A stretch of DNA of 64,000 nt from the NCBI RefSeq assembly GCF_027921745.1, contig NC_079240.1, positions 1,984,001 through 2,048,000 of the forward strand. Reading direction: 5' to 3'. The notes under the pieces were generated by a model that was given only the letters and a program-made list of their open reading frames with translations, searched no databases and was not told the origin of the DNA. Origin of the DNA: Schizosaccharomyces osmophilus. Lineage: Eukaryota. Position 1 is the stretch's first letter; the number at the start of each line of letters is the position of its first letter. Below, one piece after another: positions 48,011 through 60,570 of this stretch. Position numbers and translations under genes: made by a program.

Positions 48011-50166
48011 TCAAGTTAGTTTGGCTCTTGTAATATCTTTTTCGCCATTCATAACAAGTCTCATTTCCTCAGCAGTTAAATACTCGTAATCAACCAAAGC
48101 ATTAGCAACTGAATCGAGCTCTTTTTTGTGTGACTTTAAAAGTGAAAGGGCTCTTTGGTAAGCTGCTTCCAGTAAAGATTTGATTTCAGCTTCTACTATA
48201 GCTTTGGTGGTAGGGGAGAGAGAATCCAAATCTGCTTCAAGGCTGACAGGTCCTACTTGTTCCGACATGCCAAATTGAGTAACCATTCTTCTAGCAACAT
48301 GTGTTGCTTTGTCTATGTCATTATGAGCACCGGAGGTAATGTTATTTTTTCCGTAAAGTAACTCTTCAGCAGCGCGGCCTCCCATGGCAACGTCCATCAT
48401 AGCAAGATACTCATCCCGAGTCCAGCTATCCTTATCCATATCCGGAAGTGATATGGTCATACCAAGACTACTTCCTCGGGGCATGATCGTGGCCTTATAT
48501 GGTCGCATAGCATTTCTAGTTAGCAAAGCTACTAGTGCATGACCGCCCTCATGGTACGCAGTCATTAGTTTGCTCTCGGTGGTAATCACGGCGCTTTTTC
48601 TTTCAGCTCCCATTAATATCCTATCCTTAGACCACTCAAGATCCTGCATGGCGACATTAGAGCTATGATTCTTGCTAGCACGTACTGCCGCTTGATTAAC
48701 CAAGTTTGCTAAATCTGCTCCTGCAAATCCAGATGTACCTCGTGCTATGATACTGAGATCAGCAGTGTAGTCTAAAGGAACGTTTTGAGTGTGATGGCGT
48801 AGAATTGCCATACGTCCCCGAACATCAGGAAGAGGAACATGTATATGGCGGTCAAAGCGTCCAGGGCGTGTTAAGGCTGGATCAAGACTTTCGGGAAAGT
48901 TAGTAGCTCCAATGAATACAACAGGATGAGCTATATCATCGCTTTTGGAAAATCCGTCTAAATCTACCAGAAGCTGGTTCAAAGTTTGACGCATATGGGC
49001 AGCATCACGAGCATTCCTTTTTTGTCCTATGGCATCTAGCTCATCAATAAAAATGATTGCAGGTGCGTGTTTTCGAGCGGCTATAAAAAGCTCCCGAACT
49101 CTTTTGGCACCGACGCCGACATACATTTCGTCAAACTGGCTCCCACTCATAAAAAAGAAAGGAACATTAGCTTCGCCAGCAACAGCACGGGCAAGCATGG
49201 TTTTTCCAGTTCCCGGTGGTCCGGTCAATAAAACACCTCGAGGGAGCTTTCCTCCAAGTCTCGTAAAATGAGTAGGATCCTTCAAAAAATCGACAATTTC
49301 TTCAAGTTCTTCCTTTGCTTCGTCCACGCCTTGCACATCCGAGAAGCGGACATCAATAGAACGTTCCTCAATTGGTTCTTGTTCAGCAGAGTTGGACATG
49401 ATATTATTGAGGCCGGAAGTTTCAGCGAAGATACTAACTCCAAGCAAGACAAAATAGGAGGCAACACTGATACCAGCAATAAATTTGAAAATGCGAAAAA
49501 ACTTCGTAAAGCGAGGCTCATCGACCACGACGTACATTGGAGTTTTACTGCTTGAACCCAGAGTAGATGACAGAGGAGGAGTAGAATACATTGGGTGCAT
49601 AGAAGGTTGCGTTGCATGTGCAGAAGAATGTAAGTTTTGCATAGTTTCGGCGGGTTTCATGAATTCGTTCGAAGTTTTTGGATAAGAGTTTAAGTTGGTT
49701 TTTAAATAAGGGGGGAAGGATGATGGTAAGTTATGATTATGAGATAGCTTTAGCAAAGCTTCTTGATAATATCGATCACATATCGAATTCCTGGCTACTC
49801 CTTTAGTTTCGTAGCGATGCTGGATTGCTTCGGGATATAAATTAGATAATTCCTTGTATAGCCGGGCCTGAAAATAAGGGTCAGACAAATTTTCGTTCGC
49901 TAACTGTTCATAGTCTTCCAGTTTTTTTCGTTTACTGGGGTGTAAACCAGCAGCTATCGAGTAGTTGCGGTTTCGCCAAATGAAATTTGAAAAAGGAGCC
50001 CATTGAAGCCGTCGACATCCAGTGTACAGAAATCGGTTGACGCCCTATCATAATTAGTTAATAAGCCAAACAAAACTTGACCAACGGTATATTTGACGAT
50101 TCCAATTCTATTCCTGGCTTCTGTTCAACTTACGATTAAAGGCAGTGAATGCAAGACTCTTGACAT
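48011..50166 (-). CDS. yme1: Mitochondrial i-AAA protease, 2 exons (50166-50134, 50044-48011)
   Basis: Walker A GPPGTGKT, Walker B IIFIDE, RPGRFD, HEGGH zinc motif; in-frame upstream exon with a GTAAGT..TAG intron. Confidence 0.95.
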
Positions 50167-50763
50167 AGAATTTATAACAAACCTATCTCTTTATTTCCTA
50201 TATTGCTCTTCTACTCGGTTGGGATCAACAACTTGAAATTATCGTTCTTTTTAGAAATCCTGCGTAGTATGAATATATCTGGGAAGTTGAATTTTAAAGA
50301 ATGCTAAACTAGGTAACAGGGTAAATATCATAGTATACACATTGAATTATATTAATTACTAGAACTGTGGACCAGATGATTAGAATTGTTTATACATTAG
50401 TTCAATCTAAATTATAATTAAAATGGGTCGATAGGGGGATAAAAATTCAATCTTCGAACGAACTGGTTTTGAGCTGGAAGAAAAAGTTGTCAATGACAGG
50501 TAGGCGCTTATACAAAGCATTCTCCATGAAGCGAAGAGCCTTTTTCGACGCCCAAAGTCTGCGCATGTGTAGAAAACTGAAGAAGCTCATCATAAGTAAG
50601 AACAAACAGTCAAGTAAAACTTTTTGCAATTGACGGATCTGGTTGTACCTGTTACTTTTGTAATGCTTTTACTTGCTTTTTCATGCAGCAATGAACTGCT
50701 TGTAGGAAGGAAAAAAAAAAGAAGATCGATTTAGCCTAAAAGTCAAATGGAGGAAAGTCATTT

Positions 50764-51246
50764 TCAGTCGCATCCAAAATCTTTCGCCTCTCTCTTCTCA
50801 GATGAAGGCTGGCTTTTCGGAGGGCAAACGTTCGAACGACAACAATTATTCTTTGCATTTGCTAACCGCAGCTCTCGATCCAATATCCGTTCTTGTCTTT
50901 TTTCCTCTTTTCTTTTCTTATCTTTCTTTATTCTGTCCAGCTCTTTCCTGGGTAGGAACTCTGAAGAAAGATCTTGTATGTGCAATTTGGCAAAAGATGC
51001 GAACCAAACACAATAAGAACCAATATGGAACCACACAACTAAATCTGGTTTCTGATGGTAATTCGAAGTTAATGACAGCAGTCCGCTAACAAAACAGAGG
51101 GATAAAAGACTGCAAACGTGTACAAGCAGTTTGAAGTTATATCGATTTATTTCCCGGTTGGTATCCTCGTAGGAATTATCATCAGGTCGTCGATAACTAT
51201 AACATGTTGAGTCGACTTTACGGAAGGTTTGTTTTCTAATGAACAA
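50764..51246 (-). other. Open frame for a two-TM protein with no in-frame ATG (probable pseudogene or gene fragment)
   Basis: 160-codon frame with two hydrophobic segments and a charged coiled-coil-like tail; the nearby ATG at 51205 is out of frame; visual similarity to the 20361 orphan. Confidence 0.4.
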
Positions 51247-51338
51247 ACACTCACAGTGAAGTTCAGTGAAAGAGGAAATCTAATTACAGTCATCACTATC
51301 TCACAACCGCCATTTTATTAATGATTTAAAATTCAATA

Positions 51339-51814
51339 ATGAGTCAAAATGAAAGAGCCTCTGAAGAAACTGCTCCTATATCATCTGAAGTCACTTTCAA
51401 TCTTGAAGAGGAATCTGGCAGATGCCTCTGGGAACGTCTACAAACGAGAAAGACGATTTAAATAGTCTATTGAACATATCCGTTACGTTGTACTCTATAT
51501 ACTGCTTTATTCTATTTATTATTTACCTTGTTAATTTTTTTTCAAGCGAATATAGTAAATTCGGCGAAGAATGTGTCAGTGGGCAATTTGGACAAATGCG
51601 TTATATTCATACGGCGTGTGGTAAATCTGAAAGGAAAAATATTGAAAATATTGCATCTGTTTTTACATTTTTTCCATGCTTGATACTTGGTATTATCTGT
51701 ACGATCCTTTTTTCAATTTACAATCGACCCATAGTTGTCAGGATCGAGGACAATGCAATCCCTTTGGAAGATATATCGAGGAAGAGTGGTAAAACGAACA
51801 TTCAATCAAATTAG
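51339..51814 (+). other. Small two-TM membrane ORF, possibly frameshifted (51339-51461 plus 51422-51814)
   Basis: A 40-codon hydrophilic ATG ORF overlaps, in another frame, a 130-aa ORF with two strong TM segments flanking a loop with two Cys. Confidence 0.4.
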
Positions 51815-52669
51815 AACCAATTTGAAGCTCAACTCAATGGCATCCATTTGTTCTCGATATGGAAAAATTCTTAAAGATGCCTTTTCGAAAGAAATACGAA
51901 AACTCAAAAGCATTGTTGGACTGGTTGAACATTTACAAGGATCTTCAAAAGTAATCTACCGTTCCCACTGAACGCAAAAAAGCAAGAAGCATTGATAAGC
52001 ATGAGCATGAATTGTGAGTGCAAAGACATAATAGCAAGAAAGAACCCTCAAACGATTATATGATTTTGCTCCTACGAGAACGTTTTAATGAATTAATTTT
52101 GTGAATGGCATCGCTTACTACCTGCCAAGCTAAAGATTCGATAGCTACAGGTTGTTAAATTTAGTGATCTAGTTTCTACAACTAGTCAATCTATCTTATT
52201 TCTTTTATAATTGCTTCTTTGTTGTCAATTGTTACGTACAAATGTCAACGATGAATTCTCTTACTTTTTTTTGTCAGAGGAACGTCTGATATTTAAAACA
52301 TTTATTACACTATCCAGTATATTATCGTATAGATCAACATAAACACAGAAAACAATGGATTCTTGTGGTAAGATCCGGTCATTACAAATTGCTTTTTTAG
52401 AGTAATTGTTCTTTGTTTTTTCGTTTAAGCTATATAAGTACCAATGTTCTTGAAAAAACTTTCAGTTAGGAAAATTTTGCTAGCAGAACTAATACAGTTG
52501 TTTGATGACATATTCATTATTATCACTAGAGTCGTAACTAAACAAATAATCTCTTCAGAAATTCAGTATTTATTCTTATAAAACTGCTTATATTAACGTC
52601 AAAGCAATTACCATTGCATTCCACTTGCTGTGACAACAGGCCAAGTCAATAATACAATAGTTCCAAGAA

Positions 52670-53020
52670 AACCCGGTATCTAGCTGGATCGAAAGTTTCC
52701 AAATTGGGATTTTTCTTTCCGTAAAGGTATAATAGTGGAAGGCTCATGCTAAAAAAAAAATGAAAGCAAGTAGCTTACAGTCCTCTCCATATCAAATTCG
52801 ATTAAATTAAGATGCTGAAACAAAGGAAATATGCCAGCAAGTGTAAGTTGCAATACTTTAACTGCTGTTGATATGCTAGCAAAGTAAATACCCAAAGCAT
52901 CCACGACATACATGTTTAAAGAATTTGAAGTCATAATATATCCAGCACCGAGGATCGTTGAGCCTATCAAAGGTACAAACCAAAATACTTCGTAAGCTGC
53001 AGTCCAACCAAAAACAAATT
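52670..53020 (-). pseudogene. C-terminal remnant of a DHA1-type MFS transporter
   Basis: FVFGWTAAYEVFWFVPLIGSTILGAGYIMTSNSLNMYVVDALGIYFAS...IFPLF, then a shifted frame with stops (SAS*FNRI*YGEDCKLLAFI), then SLPLLYLYGK..FDPARY. No recognisable N-terminal part. Confidence 0.8.
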
Positions 53021-54274
53021 TGGCTCCTCGTCTCTAGCTCTTTGTGAATATAAAGACGGCGCTGATGATTGATAGACGCTTGTTTCTATGTTTTTATTGG
53101 CGAACTTTCAAAAGAGGAAAACCAAACCCTCTGAATCCATGCGATGCAAAGCAGAAACTTGTAAAGACAATAATGTAGCACGCATAGCGGAGAAAGGGAG
53201 GGCTGAAGTCATGAAGAAAGCATCGTCATGCCAAATTGTTTGGGTCCTTGTTGTTCCATTGGCTTTTGGCTAATTTGGTGGAGAAACGTTTTACCGTTGG
53301 AAAACTAATGGGCCTCACATAAGTCAATTTATAATTTCACTTTTTAAACGTAATGGATAATCCCTGTCGTTGACACATTCAACTTGACTCAGTATGGCAC
53401 CCGAGGTTTTCTACACAAAAGAAGGTAGGCGCGTCCTTGATTAGTTCAATAAAACTAGCTACTATCTTTCATCTTTAAATAGACGTATAAACCAGAAGCA
53501 TTTCATGTCGCATCTACTTGTGGGATAAGGAAGATTGCAGTACTTGGAGAATACTGCCTCATTTCCCATTTATCGTCAAATTCATTGACCTAAAGAAAAA
53601 ATAAAAAATCAAAATATAATCAACCGCAAACAAACTTCGTTGCACACATGCCATACCAAAGGAACTCAACCTAAGTTGTGCCTTGCCAATGAAAGAGATT
53701 ACCAACAGTAACGATTGGTTTCCAATTTGTGAGGGTAGACTTGGATGGTGGACAAATCCGTCAGTTATTTTGTGAGAATGCGTTGGTCGCCTCGGTAGAA
53801 AGAAGCGTCTTTGTTGATACGCTTTGTATTTTTTTTATTTCTATCTTTTATTAAATTGGCAATGACCCAGGATTGCGAAGCTTAGCTAGGAGGTTCAGTA
53901 CCAGATTGTCACTTGTATAGTAGCAGCCTAAGTTGGCAAGAATGATATCTGAATTTCCATTGTAATATTTGCTGTAAGTGTACATTAGGTGTGTAACAAG
54001 TGATGAATCCATTCTGAGTTGCTATAGTCAAGCATCGCAAGATTTGACAAATTACGAATAAGTGTATTATAGTACAAAGCTGGCACAAATGCGAGTCCAT
54101 TGAATGCACAAACGTTCCTTCTTTCCAACAAAATAAATAAAAATTCAATATTCAGTCTTGATTTTTAGATATCCAACCTTTAAACCCAGATAAGCTAGTG
54201 TAAATTTAAATAGATGTCAATGCACAGATTCGGTTTATTCGATAATGCTTATTGCGAATAAAATCTCCTCTTTT

Positions 54275-54860
54275 TTAATTTACGTGATCTTCTTTCCAAG
54301 CATCTATCCATTGAAGGATGCGAGTCAAGTTTGATTCCATATCGTCTGTTGAGTTGCTTTCGAGCTCTACGATCATTTTAAGGTCAAAGCTTTCTCTTAC
54401 TTCTTCCAAACAAACCTGCATAATCTCAGCTTCATTGTTTTCTTGAATCTTGTGCAATGAGTATCCTCTAGCTTCAAGTCTTTCCCATAATTTGGAATGA
54501 TCAGTTCTCAAGACAATGGCCAAGTCGATTAATTCTTCAGGGAATATGCCACATGTGTGCCAATCAACAATACAGCCTCCTTTTATTAGCCTTGGTTCAA
54601 GATAATCCAAGACTTTCTCTTCATCAACATCATACGTCTGCCATTTCTCATCAAAGCCAAAATGAAGGTGATGCTCTTTTACGATTGTGCCCATGCACAA
54701 ATGTTCGAGTTCAGAAGCATCTGCAAGCTGTTCGGCAAGGGTGGTTTTTCCCGTACTACATTTGTTAGCTGAAATTCTGTTTCATCAAGCTTTCAACGTT
54801 AACATACCCAGGAGTGCCGCAAAGAATGATATTGGGTAAGTCTCTCTGTTCTGTAGCCAT
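54275..54860 (-). CDS. fap7: Fap7/AK6 adenylate kinase-like ATPase, 2 exons (54860-54808, 54755-54275)
   Basis: PNIILCGTPGTGKTT after splicing, IVDWH, RLEARGY, ENNEAEI. Confidence 0.93.
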
Positions 54861-55344
54861 TTGATAATTTTTTAAAATCCTTTTTCCAAGTATATATTAT
54901 ATTTATATTTGCGTATAGTTTAATGAATGCAGAAAACTACGCTTTTGTTAAGGAAAGACCGTTTAGTGGAAGAAGTATGTTATAACAAGTAAAGGACGCT
55001 TAAGGAATGAAGGGAGCTTTTTTCTTTTAAAAAAAAAAATGTTTACTATCTTATTTGGTTTCAGCTTTGCTTTCCTTGAACAAACCGAATCAGGCTATTT
55101 TCTGGAAGATGGGCGAGCGAAGCCAAATTTCTCAGACCATACAACAGCAAACAATCGACTTGATATATTATAAAGGCTTTCGGGATTTTTTTTCTATATT
55201 ATAAGAAAAAAATGAAACATACCTTCTACCAGCTTTGAAGCCGAATAGCTTTTCCATTATATGCAACAACTTTGACAATTCGACTTTTTGAACTACGTCA
55301 ATCTATAATATTTAAAAAATAAATAACATACAGGAAATGTTAGG

Positions 55345-56617
55345 ATGGAAACAGAGAAACAAATAAACAACGTTGAAGAATTCTTGACATTACCACTTTC
55401 TGATACGAGTCCTTTGACGGAGGGACCAGACGAAGAAGAAGACTTTGGTTTTGCTACAAATGAGTATTTTGCTCATAGCATCATTGGACGTGGTTCTTCC
55501 AGTACCGTATGGTTGGCTACGAAAAGTTCTACCAATGCTGAATATGTAAGCGCAGCAGCGTTGTGCAAACTAATTCACTTTACATCAAGCAGCTAACGAA
55601 ACGATTACTTTTAGGCAATTAAAGAATTCCGTAAAAGTCTTTTGCGCCGCCAGAAAAGAACCGATTTGCTTTATGGTACAAGCAAGCAAGGTGAAAGGGT
55701 TCCTTTAGATCGTGTATCTTTGGAGAAAACACTGCTTCAAGACGAGCAGGCAGACCCATTTTGTTATATACGAAATGAGCTTAACATTGTTCAGTCATTA
55801 AATCATCCAAACATCGTCAAAGTAGTGGAAGTCATAAATAATGAATATATGGATATGCTACTTGTCGGTATGTGAGGGGAAATACAGCTCCCTTTGCTTT
55901 TTAAAATGCTAACTGTTTTACTTAAAAGTATTAAATTACTGTCCTAATGGAAAATTGGCCTCTGTTGATCATGGTATATCTTTCTCTGCATTTCCAGAAG
56001 AGCGTTGCCGATTTTACTTTCGTCAGCTTGTAATTTGTGTCGATTACAGTATGTTTATATAACTATTTTAAATTCGCGTTACTAATGAATCCAACTATAG
56101 TCCACAGAGAAAACGTGGTCCATAGAGATATAAAACCTGACAATATTTTGTTGGATGCTGCTCGAAATTTATGCCTTATTGATTTTGGACTAGCAGAGTT
56201 CCTTCCAGCGGATGGTATGGTCGATGTTGTATCCTCAACACCAGCTTTTATGGCACCTGTAAGTAATTCTTCTTCTTTCAATCGCTAATGTCTAGGAACT
56301 ATTGCTTTGTCCCCATCAAAAAGTGGATGGTAGAAAAACCGATTTCTGGTCTATGGGAGTTACCCTGTATGTTTTGGCTTTCGCAAAGCTTCCTTTTTCC
56401 GGATTTTCAATTGCTGAAATGATTACAAACATAAAAGAAAAAGAGTAAGTTGACTCTTCTGATTGCAGAGTAATTATCATTAACAAGGATTACTAGTCTT
56501 GATATACCTAGTCACGCAAGTGATAATCTTCGAAATGTACTAAAAAAACTACTCGAAAAGGATCCTCAACTAAGAATAGACACTCAAGAATTATTGAAGG
56601 ATCCCTTCGTAGCGTAG
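55345..56617 (+). CDS. ckk2: CaMKK-like protein kinase, 6 exons (55345-55545, 55615-55867, 55929-56048, 56101-56258, 56296-56444, 56497-56617)
   Basis: IGRGSSSTV, YAIKEF, HPNIVK, HRDIKPDN, DFG, TPAFMAPE, DFWSMGVTLY; all introns keep frame. Name from CaMKK-type TPAF motif and synteny. Confidence 0.85.
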
Positions 56618-57076
56618 TAAGAATCCTTCAATTCTAGAAATCCGAACGAACAAGGGAAATGGTGGTTTATATACGTATACTATTTATTTATTTATGAATA
56701 AAAGTGCAATGCAGCATTCCAACTTTTGATTTCACATTTCGCTTTGGAGTTGGCAATCTCTACCACAGCTTTCTGTGGCATTGTTATTCTCATGATTAAT
56801 GATTTAGTGATTTATTTTCCTTGATTTTTATATACCAAAAATGGGTTTTTATTAGAATGAAAATTATGGTTGATAGGCAGTAACATTGCAGAAAAAAGGT
56901 ACTGGATATTCATTGATTTTCTGGCACGCTTGTATTAATTAAAATTCTTTTCATTTTTATCGCTGAGAGTTTTTCTTTATGGTGTGGATGTGTTCCAAAC
57001 AGCATGTTTATCCTATGATACATAAACCCACTCTGGTGTTTACAGAATCATTCTACGAGCACTTGAAGTACAAACA

Positions 57077-58213
57077 ATGCAGTTACTTAATGAATTAAAG
57101 TCCTTTTTTAATAAAAAAATTCCATCTGCTTCATTAGATTTCGGATCTGACTCTAAAGTTGCTGGTAAATTTGCTGTTATACTTGAAAACGATGTATTAC
57201 CAATAGGCTTCTGGACTTTTGTAGACAAAGACACTTTAGACTCGTACGTCAAAATCTATCAAATACTGATTATTTTGCTAAATAAATAGAAACGCTTTGA
57301 AAGCAATTCCTTTTCTTCGCAATGAGAGCTTTCTAGAAAATCAAAAGGTACATTCTTTTCATGATATTGAATTAAAAATACTTACTGACTCACTTGAAAC
57401 ATGTAGGATAAGTGGATGTATTTTAAAGAAGAAAATATCCGATATTATGATTTATCAGAAGCCATTAATGAATCAACTACTCATGGTGGCATAAATACAA
57501 GTGGATACTGGGAGGAAACAACCAAGTCCTGGAAGGTAATGGATATCAATACTAGGAACACGGACTTAAAGAATGCATATGCTGCAGAATTGGAACAACC
57601 GATAGGCTTGCATCCTAAATTACAGGTGAACTTGAAAAACTTGAAGCCGCCAAACAAACAATGTACTTTACGAGGTGTTCTCTATTTGCCCTCGACATTA
57701 TTTGTTGACCAATATGAATTATCTTCTATGGCTGAAATGAGAGCCGGGAACTTGGATCAAATTCTTAGGATTTTTGGTGAAACAGACTTAGAGGCCCCAA
57801 CTTATACTCTTCCCGGTACAGGAAGCATTTTATGGTTCCAGGTCTTTTTAAACGGAACAACCCGTCATAATCATGATCTCCGACTGGAGCTTCCCTTACA
57901 CACACGTTATCAGTTACCCACGAAAGGAGCTGTTTATGCAAATACAAGCTTTTATTCACCTAGTTTTTATTGGGATTGTTCCAGCAGAAAGATTCCTATA
58001 GAGGAAGAGTCTCTTTCAAACTTACTTTTCAATCGTTTTGTATCTCCCTTAAAATCACTTGGACCTCCCAGTCTAGTCATAACAATTCCAACCGCCAATG
58101 TTGAGCATGAGCAAATGGTTCGATGGATAACCAACACAGTGATTCTTGGAATGTTTTTCTACATTGTACAATTTCTTTTACGAAAACTTAAGGGACACTT
58201 AAAACAGTTATAA
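57077..58213 (+). CDS. pbn1: PIG-X/Pbn1 GPI-mannosyltransferase I subunit (exons 57077-57243, 57290-57347, 57407-58213; start uncertain)
   Basis: GLHPKL, LPSTLFVDQYEL, GETDLEAP, LPLHTRY, IPTAN plus C-terminal TM. Confidence 0.85.
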
Positions 58214-58371
58214 TAGTGACTTCAAGAACATGTATATATCATCTTTGTCATTAATGTTACCAGAGAATAATCATTAGCCTTCTAATAATTTTAATATGTT
58301 ATGAAAAGCATATACGATAGCTATTCAAGAAGCTAAATATAAAGTACGGGTAGCGAATAGCAATAAAGTCA

Positions 58372-59524
58372 TTACACATCAAAATTCTTAAACATGGCGG
58401 TAGTAACGTACTGTATGGTTAGAGAAGTCTAAAATAAGGAACTTTACAAAAGCATACCTTCCGATGATAGCGCGTAGTTGCACTCAAAGCCAAAACACCC
58501 ACTTGGGTATTAGCAGCAGCTAAGTGATTTAAAACGACATGATTCGGATTTGGAAGAACAGATTGGTCTTCTTTGTAAGCAGTATTAGAGTTTAAAATGC
58601 ATTTCTCCAGATGAGGAGGTAACGAAGGAGGCTTAGGGAGTTTCATTTCGGTTAGAGAATTACTCGAAAGAAAAGATGGTATCTCAGAAACGTATTTCTC
58701 GGAATCTGGCTCTTCACTTGGAGGAAAGTTAGTTTGCACTTGGCTCAGTCTCTGATCAAGGCCAGTCTCGGCACCTTCGTTGGCTTCAACCTCAAGATAA
58801 TTGTATAGGTTTCCTTCAGCATCTGTGGCGGTGGGAAAATCTGAAGAGCAGCACCAGATACCATCTACGAGGAATTTAAATCGTTGGGTTCCGGGGCGTA
58901 GCTGTAATACTAGCGTATAATCCTCGCTAATTGAACATTATTAGTACATGGATTCAAATATCTTCTTACGTTTTAAGCAATTGGATCTTCTTTTTCCATT
59001 TTGAAAAAGATCCCGTAACATAGATGATTTCACCTCCGCCTCTCCAACGAAGAACAGCAGGGACGTAAGGACCTAATAACCAGTTAATGAAAACTCTTTG
59101 TTATCTCAAGATTAGAAAAGTGGAATAGGACAAAGTCCATCCATAAACCGAAAGGAGTATATTTTTCCATTGAGTATGAGCAACATACCATTATATGGTT
59201 CTCTTTTAGTAGAAGAGTGAGAGCGGCGCTTGTTTCGTCCGGCAGCGGCCGTGGCACTTTGAGCGCCATCGGTTGCACCGGCGGTACTAGAATTGTCATC
59301 CATAAGGTCGGCGTCCTGATTGAGATCATCTGGAGCAATACTAATCATGCTTTGGGTTCTGTGAGGGACTGACTCGGGCTTTTCTGGTGTGGCTGGTTTG
59401 TTTACACTTTGGGCGTTACGTGACATAGCCGAGTCACCTAAAGAATAAGTTAATAATTTGTTCAATTCTTTTAGATAAAGTAAAAGTAATTTTCCTTACC
59501 TTCTTGAGACTGAGCATTTCCCAT
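58372..59524 (-). CDS. amk2: AMPK beta subunit, 5 exons (59524-59500, 59437-59189, 59072-58970, 58926-58458, 58410-58372)
   Basis: MGNAQS myristoylation start; CBM motifs WRGGG..YVTGSF and FKFLVDGIW; PPSLPPHLEK, PNHVVLNHL, RYHRKYVTT. Confidence 0.95.
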
Positions 59525-60570
59525 ACTGACTGAATTTGAATAAAGTCGTTAGCAGCTAGGTTCAAGCTAGGCAAGGCTCGGTTCTACCTCTCATATAGGT
59601 AGGGGTAGTGCACAAGATCATGTGGTAGAACGATAATATATTAATTATGATTATATTTCAACCCAAATAACTATATAGTTTTTATAATAATAAACAGTAT
59701 GATGGAAATTGAAGAATGAAAGTGTAATGAATGGTTTGAGTACAAGTGTTTAGCAAAATTGATTCATTTGTTTGAAATGCTTCAAGATATTTGACATTGA
59801 TTTAACCTTGGATCTCTTGTAAGCCGCATATAATGTTAGGATTTGTTTCTAGGTTCAAACAACTATCATTTGAATTCATTTTGAGAGAACTATGATGATT
59901 TATATAATGTCAAAATACTTCTTTGGTATTGCTGGGATTTTTAGAGTGGAATCCTTCAACGACAAAGACATGAGTAAAAAAAAAAAACAAAAAAAACAAA
60001 AAAAAAAAGAAGACTTAAATATACGAGCCAATAACAAAACAACAATTCGGCCTATTTCCATAGTCACTGTTTTATGTTCCTGCTTTGTGAATTTTATCTC
60101 AATGCATACTATACCAGACATGGAATCGTGATGAAGCAGAATTTTAGTTTATTTCCTTTACTTTTCTTTTTTTTTTATCTTTACTCGCATTTCACTCCTT
60201 TTTATTTTTATTTTTATATTATTATCGTTTGAGATGTAAATAAACATTTACGTTTGCGAGTAACATAGAGTGAACAATTCTTTCGTTTCAACATCGTAAA
60301 GAAAATTCAATTACAACAGTTCAAAAGAGAAGGATTTAAATCGTATTATTTGATTTTTATTTTTGTTTTTAAAAGCTTCTTAGTCCTTTTTTCTGTTCAT
60401 TTGTATAAGCTTGCTGCATAAGACATTTCTTAAGTTGGCATAAAGTAAGATTCGTTCGAGGATTACGCAGCTTTGGAATTCATCCAGAGTTTTTATACTT
60501 TTTGCTTCTTAATATTTTAGGATTTACTTCGTTTCCCAGAATTGGACGAGCTGGTTGAATTCTTGTGACA

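Noticed and set aside
53645..53700. GCCATACC resembling the start of 5S rRNA
   Set aside because: Similarity stops after 8 nt and no internal control region follows; no 5S gene seen in the window.
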